From Octopus vulgaris (lineage: Eukaryota), in assembly GCA_951406725.2 (NCBI GenBank), contig OX597825.1, positions 13,826,001 through 13,890,000 of the forward strand: a DNA stretch of 64,000 bases, written 5' to 3'. The position numbers and the translations under genes are program-made. Shown here in pieces: positions 54,452 through 64,000 of the stretch. Positions within the stretch are counted from its first letter, which is position 1; each line of letters opens with the position of its first letter. The notes under the pieces were generated by a model, which was given only the letters and a program-made list of their open reading frames with translations, was not told the DNA's origin and searched no databases.

Positions 54452-54835
54452 TCTCTCTCTATATAAACGGCAATTTGTCTGTGCGTGTTTCTGTGTGTCT
54501 GTTTGCTTGTACTCTCACCCTGACCACGGCTTTCAACCGATTCTGATGAAACTTGACACACGCATAGCCCAATGTCATAATTCAAAACTAACGCAGCGAA
54601 AATTTTGAAAAGTTCCCCCAGTTCTGAAAAAAATCGATAAATTCGACATGGGGTCAAGAATCAGAAACACAAACCGCAAACTGTCATGGGGACGCAACTC
54701 CACCTTTTTTTACTCTCAAAAAAAATTTACCATCATTTTTATCCATTTTTTTGCTATTCTTTGACTATAACTCTCTAAAAATGCTTTATAGTTATTTCCC
54801 TTACAAACCTGAGCAACGCCGGGCGATGTTGCTAG
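54452..54835 (+). mobile_element. Non-autonomous Helitron (second family)
   Basis: A|TCTCTCTCTATATAAA start, CCTGAGCAACGCCGGG subterminal motif, CTAG|T end. Confidence 0.82.
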
Positions 54836-54960
54836 TTTAATCATAAAACTATAATGTGGACATTTTTGAAACATTGAATCACTATGAGGGTCCATCCAAG
54901 TGTAATATCAGTGTCTTTTATATGCGAAGGTAGAGCATTTGAATTCTATTGGACACTGTC

Positions 54961-54969
54961 TGCGTGCGC

Positions 54970-55008
<39 letters not shown>

Positions 55009-55278
55009 TGAGTGAAGGGGTGTGTTGTCATGTATATCTACATACATAAATAAATAGGCATACATCTTTTTTGTATGCTTGTGTGCATGTGTGTGCGTGT
55101 GAAAGAGAGAGAGAGAGAGAGACAGAGAGAGAGACAGAGAGAGAGAATGCCACTTAGACATCACTCTCTCTCTCTCTCTCTCTCACACACATACATACAA
55201 AAAAGATGTATGCATATGTATTTATGTATGTACATATACATGACAAAACACCACATCACTCACTCGCACACTCACGCA
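54961..55278. repeat. Long inverted repeat (foldback) with ~17-nt loop
   Basis: A ~70-nt unique core at ~55006-55077 is the reverse complement of ~55194-55265 with about 6 mismatches; flanking GA/TC and GT/AC tracts extend the stem. Confidence 0.85.
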
Positions 55279-56299
55279 TAGATAAATGTATACAAACGTA
55301 TATACAAAAACACACATGTGTGTGTGTGTGACTGACTACAAATACATAGAGCTGAACATGGCGGGAAAAAGAAAATAAATAAAAATTTTTTACAGAAATT
55401 AATGAAGTATGCGATTTCAAGCAGAATAGTACTCATATTTTTGGGACACCCCATGTTGAATTGCAAAATTTTAGCGTGATATTTGTGCAATAAAGAAATG
55501 AAACCTGTAGTGTATGTGTGTGTGAGTGAGAGAGGGAGGGACAGAGAGATGGAGAGAGAGGGCATTGCAAATAATGAATGAGATAGACATGGAATGAAAA
55601 ATGTCATATAAATAAAAGCAAGTTAAAAACTATCTTGTATCGAATATTTCAATTTGTGAACTTAGTAAATATTTCCTTTAGAAATTTATCGTAGTTGTTT
55701 ACAAATAGCAAATTAAAACTTGAAATGAAAACATTAAAATTAGATGGGAACAGACTTCGCTGTGTCTACATCAATACCGGAAGCTGACACTGAGAAACCT
55801 TTTTAAAGAAGTGAATCTAATAACATATAAAATCAAGCAATATTTTTTTTTATTTTTAATTAAAAAAATCAAATGAAGAGCCGATAATTTGTCTGAGGTA
55901 GAATTATTCATGCATCAAAAGTATGGAAGCAATTGGTAAAGCCGTTTTCATGTGGAAAGTGAATACACATACATCTCTATTTTATATATTATTAGATTTG
56001 ATATGTGTGTGTGTGTGTGTGTATGTAACTTGTATGGCTTTTGAAGATACTTTGTGAATGTTATCATATATATATAATGTATATAATGGCTGTGATTTTG
56101 TTAGTATACTTTTTCAACATGCAATATTGGTGTGTAATTCTATATGCTTTCACAAAACCATAATCAACAGACACATCAACACATCCATATGCACACATGT
56201 ATAATTGCTAAACCATCCAAACATAAGTATTATGTTTTCCTTATACATGCAAATATACACTTAAGCATAAACTATATGAAAAAAATATATATAAAGACA

Positions 56300-57185
56300 T
56301 ATGAAGTGTGTTCAAAAAGTATCCAACCTTTGAGCAGAAACCCTGTTATGTCGCACATTCGGATGCTTCTACTACTCCTCTCTACTCTGTTCTAGTCCAC
56401 TCTCTGCTCTGCTCTACTCAGCTGTGCTCCAACTGCTACTCGGCTGTTCTCTGACGACATCTAGATTTCTCCCTCTATATCTATGTATTGTGGAGGCACA
56501 TGGCCTAGTGGTTAGAGCAGCGGACTCACGTTTGAGGGATAGCGGGTTTGAATCTCAGACCGGGCGATGTGTGTGTTTATGAGCGAAACACCTAAGCTCC
56601 ACACGGCTCTGGCAGAAGGTAATGGCGAACTTCTACTGACTCTTTCGCCACAACATTCTCTTACTCTTTCCTCCTGCATCTTGCAGCTCGCCTGCGATGG
56701 ACCGGCGTCCCATCCCAATGGGGAACCTATACACCAAGAAACCGGGAAACCGGCCCTTATGAGCCAGGCATGGCTCGAGAAGGAACAAACAAAAACAAAG
56801 CAAAAAATATCTACATATTGGGCTAGCCTACTTCATCATTTGGAGCGTCCACACAACAAACCCCCACCTGTATTTTGTACATTTCACAAATTTTGTGAAA
56901 ACCACCTTCAAAATACCCCACTTCAGAGTTCATACACTTAGGCTAGCAATTTTGCTATTGCTGGTAACACCCCTGGAACATCTTCAGTGGAATGCTATGA
57001 GGTTCTGCCATCATTTTTCTCATAATTTCCTCTCACAGCTCAAATCCCTTCCTTTATAACACACTATTCAGTTTGGGGAAAAGCCAGAAGTCACATGATG
57101 CCATTTTGGGAGAGTAAGGAGCCTGTTTAACAAATGGTGTGTTGTGTTGTTCTTTGACCAGGAAAGCTCGGATAACGAGGCGCAT
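56300..57185 (-). pseudogene. Mariner (Tc1/mariner) transposon remnant
   Basis: ~57185-56900 translates ...VKQAPYSPKMASCDFWLFPKL...EEI...SIP...FQGCYQQ*...KCMNSEVGYFEG (YSPDLAP.DF.LF and G.YFE motifs, with stops); TIR-like TA-TGAAGTGTGTTCAAAAAGTATCCAACC at 56300. Confidence 0.8.
56491..56806 (+). mobile_element. tRNA-derived SINE (head H1, tail T3) nested in the mariner remnant
   Basis: GGAGGCACATGGCCTAGTGGTTAGAGCAGCGGACTC head, GAAACCGGCCCTTATGAGCCAGGCATGGCTCGAGAAGGAAC tail; imperfect TSD ATATCTA(TG/CA)TATTG. Confidence 0.88.
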
Positions 57186-57458
57186 TCAAAAAAAGTACCC
57201 GACTTAATATTTCCATCGACACTCTTTGCACAAACTGGAAGGGTGTCATTACCTCCTAACCGCAGGGTTTTGGCCATGCAGCTTTAGTTTTGGCAGGAAG
57301 GAAAAGAAGCTGGAAATTGTTGAATGCATCTGATATACATATGTATAGATATACTATATCGATGCTGTCATACATTTATATGAATGAGCGAGAGAGAAGG
57401 AAGGAGAAAAAGAAAGTAACAAGAGATCTCTCTAAATGAATAAGTATGCCATATATAC

Positions 57459-57529
<71 letters not shown>

Positions 57530-57593
57530 ATATATATATACATATATATACATGTATATATATACACACATATGCATATATATATACATATAT

Positions 57594-57636
<43 letters not shown>

Positions 57637-59717
57637 CATATATATATATACATATATACATATATATATATTTATACATATTTATGTATATATTTTTATA
57701 TATATACTTTGATACTTTGATACTTTATATGGCCATATATACTTATATATATATATATATACCTGTGTGTATGTGTGTTGTGTGTATATATATGTATATA
57801 CATATATATATATACATATTCACACACACACATATATATATATATACACACATATATACCTGTGTGTATGTATGTATCCTGTATGTATACATTTTGATTA
57901 TATCTTTGCACAATTTTCTTCTCTTAGAATATACATACAATTTTCTAGCAATTTTTTTTTTTCATATCTTTTAACCTTCAGAAGTCAAATTTCACTCAAC
58001 ACCATTCTCCAATCCATGGCATCACTAAATCTATACATGTCTACTCAATTATATCGCTAAAGGCTTGCAATCGTTACTGCCAAGCAGATTCTTTCTGCTT
58101 CTGCCAAAATCAATAGTTCAGAAACATTGATATCCATTATAAGACTATTTCCAATACTGCATTGCCACCTTACACCCCATATATCGATTATTTTATTTAT
58201 TTATTTATTTATATATTATTTTATTATTTTTGCCTCTTTTTTTTTTTCGTTTTTATATTTGTCTTTTTTTTAGGATTTATTATTTTTTCCAAATATTTGT
58301 GCTTGTGCTCATGTTAATTTTCATGTCGTGTGTTGATGTTTTTCTCTGTGTTTGCTTATATGTAAATATGCAGATTCACACACACACACACACACATACA
58401 CACACACATACACATACACATACGCACACATGCGTGCATGTATGCACATGTGCACACTTACAAACACATGCATAGTTACACATCTGTCTTTTTTGTTGCA
58501 TTTTTTTTAACTCCTTTGATATTTTCAAAGAAGATTTATTTAAGAGTGAAGCCTTAATCTTTGGAATCTCTGATTGAAACACAGAAAACAGAGAAGGAAA
58601 CGGTATATAAATGAACTTTAATAGTAAAAAAAAAAAAGGAAAGAAAGAAAAAGCAGTAATCACAAATTTTTATTGTCTAATTAAGCAGATAACATTGAGA
58701 AACATCAAATACATAATAGAATTCCAAAGTTCCAAAGTGATAATTCCTGATTAGAATCCACAACAATCGCAACAGAAATATATAAGTTCAAGAAATAAAT
58801 AAATAAATAAATAAATAGAGGAATGGAGTGGAATGGAATGAAAGAAACCGTAACAGAAAAACTACTCTTTGACAAAAAAAACAGGGCAAATTATAATTCC
58901 AGTATTTTGTGTTTTGTTATTTCGTGTGTGTGTTTGTATGTGTGTGTGTTTGTGTATGTGCATGTGTGTGTGTGTTTGTGTGTGCGTGCATGTGTTTGTG
59001 TGTTTTTGTGTGTGTGTGTGTGTGTCTGCTTAATGAGGATCTTAATAGTCTTAAAAGTGTGTGTGTTTTTGTGTGTGTGTGTTTGTGTGTTTGTGTTTGT
59101 GTGTGAGTGTGTGTCTGCTTAATGAGGATCTTAATAATCAAACAGAAATTGACTAAATTTTTCGCCCGCTTTTATTAAAACAACAAATAACAATACCGTA
59201 AAAAAGAATTTTACCAAGATTATGTGTGTGCTTTCGAAGAACAATTATCTCAATCGACACATCATAAGATGCTTCTCCATGCGGAATTTCATATATTGTA
59301 AATGCTTCTACAAACATTAATGTGATTGTTGAATATATTTTACAGTTTTACAGTTTTCCGAACTGTAACAGCTAAATACAACATCCCATTAACGGTAACA
59401 ACAATGAGGTTTGTGAATCGATACAAAATAATGTGTCTAATAGGTACTTAAGTACATTAGTATGCATTTATATGTTTTTTCTGTAAAAAGGTGTAGGGGA
59501 TGGAGTTACATGGCAGGGTTCAGTTATCATTGCTTAACATCCTTTTTTCGATGCTAGTATGTGTTGGACGGCTTGGATAAGATCTGGCAAATGGCAAGCT
59601 GTGACAAGCTCCGGTATCAGATTTGGTGTGGTTTCTACAATTAAGTGGTAAGCGGTCCTAAAGAATATTATTAAATGGTTTGAAGAACTGCTAGCGATTA
59701 AGTGTACTCTTAATCGC

Positions 59718-60310
59718 TATTTCTTTACAACCCACAAGGGGCTAAACACAGAGGGGACAAACAAGGACAGACAAATGGATTAAGTCGATTGCATTGACCC
59801 CAGTGCATAACTGGTACTTATTTAATTGACCCCGAAAGGATGAAAGGCAAAGTCGACCTTGGTGGAATTTGAAATCAGAACGTAGCAGCAGAGGAAATAC
59901 CTATTTCTTTACTACCCCCAAGGGGCTAAACACAGAAGGGGAAAACAAGGACAGACAAACGGATTAAGTCGATTATATCGACTCCAGTGTGTAACTGGTA
60001 CTTATTTAATTGACCTCGAAAGGATGAAAGGCAAAGTCGACTTCAGCGGAATTTGAACTCAGAATGTAACTCTTAATCGCTATTTCTTTACAACCCACAA
60101 GGGGCTAAACACAGAGGGGACAAACAAGGACAGACAAACGGATTAAGTCGATTACATTGACCCCAGTGCATAACTGGTACTTATTTAATCGACCCTGAAA
60201 GTATGAAAGGCAAAGTTGACCTTGACGGAATTTGAACTCAGAACGTAGCGGCAGATGAAATACCAGTAAGCATTTTGCCTGGTGTGCTAACGTTTCTGCC
60301 AGCTTGCCAC
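59718..60310 (-). mobile_element. SINE family C tandem trimer with a single head
   Basis: Three ~185-bp bodies; head GGTGGCAAGCTGGCAGAAACGTTAGCAC at ~60310. Confidence 0.9.
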
Positions 60311-60561
60311 CTGAGAGAAGCAGCCCATTATAATAGAGCTAACATTGACACTCAGTGGTTGGTTCGTTTGGGACTGGATATACTGAGGCCATCTACATTT
60401 ATGTAGCTCATCTCTACACATTGTACAATAGCAATTAGCAATGCAAACTATGACGAAGCCATCACTGAAATTAATGAGAGCTTCTGTATTGTTGCCTTCA
60501 AATAGGTTGTCTTCTTTAAATTTAAGCCACAAATAATTAGGAAATGAGTTCTATTTCTCTC

Positions 60562-61190
60562 TTTCTCTTTAACTTGTTTCAGTCATTTGACTGCGGCCAT
60601 GCTGGAGCACCACCTTTAATCGAGCAACTCGATCCCCGGGACTTATTCTTTGTAAGCCCAGTACTTATTTAATCGGTCTCTTTTGCCGAACCGCTAAGTG
60701 ACGGGGACATAGACATACCAGCATTGGTTGTCAAGCAATACAAGGGGGACAAACACAGACACACAAACACACACGCACATATATATATATAGATACATAT
60801 ATACAATGGGCTTCTTTCAGTTTCCGTCTACCAAATCCACTCACAAGGCTTTGGTCGGCCCAAGGCTATAGTAGAAGACACTTGCCTAAGGTGCCACGCA
60901 GTGGGACTGAACCCGGAACCATGTGGTAGGAGAGTCCAGTTTGCTGGACATTGTTGTAGAGCTGAAAAAGAAGTAATTTCTACTCTTCTCCTCTGGAAGC
61001 CATCTACTCGCAATACCAGAGGGTGCACACTCTCCTACCCTGATGTAATCTCCAGGGATACAGGCATCCAGCAACAGGACCTCCGTAATGCCATGATGGA
61101 CCGTGAAGTCTGGCGTAGCATGGTAAATTCCATTGTCTCGACCACGGTCGAACAATGATGATGATGAAGGTACTTACCACACAGCCACTC
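60562..61190 (-). mobile_element. SINE family A interrupted in its head by an RTE fragment
   Basis: Family A sequence to ~60926, resuming TACTTACCACACAGCCACTC at 61171. Confidence 0.9.
60925..61167 (+). mobile_element. 5'-truncated RTE-type LINE 3' end with (TGA)n tail
   Basis: Open frame RRVQFAGHCCRAEKEVISTLLLWKP...YPDVISRDTG...DLRNAMMDREVWRSMV (RTE R..FAGH..R and DR..WR motifs) running into TGATGATGATGA. Confidence 0.88.
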
Positions 61191-63164
61191 ATGTGTTTTA
61201 AAATAAAACTGCCAAGAGGTTTTGCAGTTTTGAAAGTGATGACAAATTAATGCTTCCGTCATTGTTATTCCAACTAACCTTCATTTTGTGACAGATGTTG
61301 ATAGATGACATTGGTTTCGTTTCACTGGCTGATGTCAACTTGTTTGCATTGTTGCAATAACATGCTGTGATTTTTCTTTAAGCAATTAACCTGAAAATCC
61401 AGGTGGATTATTTTAAGAAAACGTAATTGCAAAGAAAACATTTCCTGTGCTGGAAGTCAGGTTAACTGGTTTAGCTTGAGTGAGGTAACCACACTGGTGA
61501 ATAAGATTTCGACAGAGTGTTAATCAGCAGTTATAGACAGGTATTTTAGAATAGGGTTTATTTATTAAGAAGAGAGAAAAACTTTTCTTCTCTTCAATAT
61601 TACATATTTTGCAGGTGAATATCATGCAAACATGTTGGTTTTCAATAAACTGAAAAATATATTGAATCACCAAACATGCACGTCTTGAAATTAAATTCTA
61701 AACTTGAACAATAGGCTAGTTCAATATTAAAAAAAAGTTATTTCTTTAAAAAATATTAAAAAAAAAGAAATAATGTTTTGAATTATGATTTTAACCAGCA
61801 GAAACCATTCCAAAGCAAATGGAAAAAAACATACAATAGACATGAATTACTAAGTTTTGAGATTTGACAATATTTAAAATCTTTTAAAAACAGGTTTTCT
61901 GGATTTTCTAGGGATAGTCACTCATTCAAAATCCAAATAGAATCTTTTGTTAATTTCTCTGTGATGAAGAGAAGAAGAAAGTTTGTTTGCTTCCAATAAA
62001 GATCCTATTATTCAAGAAATAGCCCCAAAACATGACACCTGTGAATCGTATCCAAAATGCATCAAATAAACATTTCCTTTGTTTGAAATAAACTGAGTCG
62101 TGGTAGCATTTTTCATTGTTCGTTTTTGTATTTAGTTTGCAAGATTCTTGATGTAAACTTAGGTGTTGAAACATATTTTGTTGTATCTTGGGAGGGTCAT
62201 TATGCCAATAATAAACACATGCACTGGTTATCTTTCACTTCTTAAGAGAATAAAGAATTCCAACCACATCCAATTTTGACCCCTACTCCTCTACCGATTC
62301 CAATGTGGCGGGGCCCCACCTTTTGGAGGTGTCTTCTGCTCTGGTGTTGAGTGCATTTTTTTCGTCACCCAGGTGGTTCTAGCAACAACCATGCTCATGC
62401 TAAAAAAGTGTTTTTATGTGTTACTTGCACAGGAGCCAGTCCAGTGGCACTGGCAACGACCACACTCAAATGCTGTTTTTCACATGTCGCTGGCACATGT
62501 GCCAGTAAGGCGACACTGACAACGGTCACACTCAAATAGTGCATACTTACGACATAAATATTAGAATCATTTTAATTCACCGTAAAGCATTCATCATATA
62601 TTTCTGGTCATGATTTAGTCTTAGAAAATCAATATACCTCAGGCATATTACCTTTGTTCTGAAGACAGGCGTTTGTTGAGGAACTTCTGGCTGCTATATC
62701 GATCAGGTTATTTGTTTGTGGATGTAAGTCTGGTTAGAACATACAACGAGATTGCATATGAATACAAAAATTAATAAAGCAGCAATAATAGATAAAAGCA
62801 ACTAACACTATGTTCCAAGTGTATTTTTCTCCCATTCCATTACATAATCAGAAGAAATGTTAAATTCAATATTAACAAAAACATCAATCAATAAAAACAA
62901 AGGAAATGTTTTTTCTACATATGTGATAAATATCTTAATATATTTTACACTCCTATTATAGCCATCAATATCTGGAAAAAACCAAAAAAAAAAAAACGTT
63001 GCTGTCTACCTCTGCTAAAATCTATTTCTATCCTGTTTCATTTTTCACGTGACTCTTCATATTTCTTATGTAACTCTAGGCTTTCCCCAGCATATGATAT
63101 ATGAAATACAGCCAGGTTTATACACTTCACTGACATATAATTTGCTAACATAGCAACATTTATT

Positions 63165-63493
63165 TTATATTTAAGAGACAAGGAATTATGTACATTATAT
63201 ACATTATTTATATTATTTATATTTGACGGATATTTGTCCTCATCTTGTTTGTTGTTAACTCAACAGTTTGGCTTATATACCCTCCAGCCTTCATCGGGTG
63301 TCTTGGGGAAATTTTGAACCTGGGTTCTCATTCCTAAGGTATTTTTCGATGTTATTATTATTCAGGTCACTGCCTGGAATCAAACTCGGAATCTTGGGGT
63401 TAGTAGCCGTGCTCTTAACCACTATGCCATATGCCCACGGTTAAGAGTGCTGGCTACTAACCCCAAGATTCCAAGTTTGATTCCAGGCAGTGA

Positions 63494-63529
<36 letters not shown>

Positions 63530-63575
63530 CATTAAAAAATACCTTAGGAATTAGAACTGAGGTTCGAAATTTCCT
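63165..63575. mobile_element. tRNA-headed hammerhead-like element: full minus-strand copy plus inverted partial copy (palindrome)
   Basis: ~63307-63420 is the reverse complement of 63439-63575 apart from an (AAT)n expansion; 18-nt loop at 63421-63438. Confidence 0.85.
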
Positions 63576-63587
63576 CCTTATATCAAC

Positions 63588-63727
63588 CCCAGCATATAAT
63601 TTATCGGCCCCGAAAGGATGAAAAGCAAAGTCGACCTCAGCGGAATTTGAACTCAGAACGTAACGGCATACAAAATATGGCTACGCATCTCGCCCGGCGT
63701 GCTAACGTTTCTGCCAACTCACCGCCA
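63588..63727 (-). mobile_element. SINE family C
   Basis: CCCCGAAAGGATGAAAAGCAAAGTCGACCTCAGCGGAATTTGAACTCAGAACG...GCTAACGTTTCTGCCAACTCACCGCC. Confidence 0.88.
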
Positions 63728-64000
63728 TCAGGAGTAGGGTATCACCAACAAATGGTGGATGCTGTGTAACACTGTTGTAGTGCATTCACCCATACAGTAC
63801 AGTTTATTTATTTGGTGATGTTGTTCTCGAGATACCTCAAGCTTGTTTCATAAACTGACAACGATTTTATCTGTGCCAACAACAGCAACAACTAGAATAT
63901 GATTCTTGAGTGATACCTAACTAGTAATCAATAATGTGAACTGAAAATAAATCAATGTTAAAATAATCGATGATGGAACATTTCCATTAATTGTTTTGGC

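Noticed and set aside
55439-55455. Tc1-like terminus TTTTGGGACACCCC
   Set aside because: Solo short match with no partner end or transposase

Overview
AT-rich eukaryotic (metazoan) non-coding DNA. The repeat content (tRNA-headed SINEs with internal microsatellites, RTE-type 3' ends, very dense simple repeats) looks like an octopus/coleoid cephalopod genome; this is recognition, not a database result. Nearly all six-frame ORFs are microsatellite artefacts. Supportable content: (1) dozens of copies from several modular SINE families, some with clear target-site duplications; (2) decayed LINE fragments (RTE, CR1/Jockey group, R4/Dong-like), a Penelope-like GIY-YIG remnant, a mariner transposase remnant and two non-autonomous Helitrons; (3) splice-signal evidence for the 5' end of a minus-strand gene (candidate exons ~10511-10360, 4700-4482, 2332-2072, ATG at 2136) and a 27-nt plus-strand microexon at 52026-52052. 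The best candidate for something undescribed is a tRNA-headed short element with a degenerate hammerhead-ribozyme motif. Both copies show Penelope-style inverted duplication (53.2 kb, 63.3 kb), suggesting a Penelope-mobilised SINE. No CRISPR array, rRNA or intact tRNA gene was seen. Coordinates were read by eye and element ends are approximate unless a TSD or terminal motif is cited.
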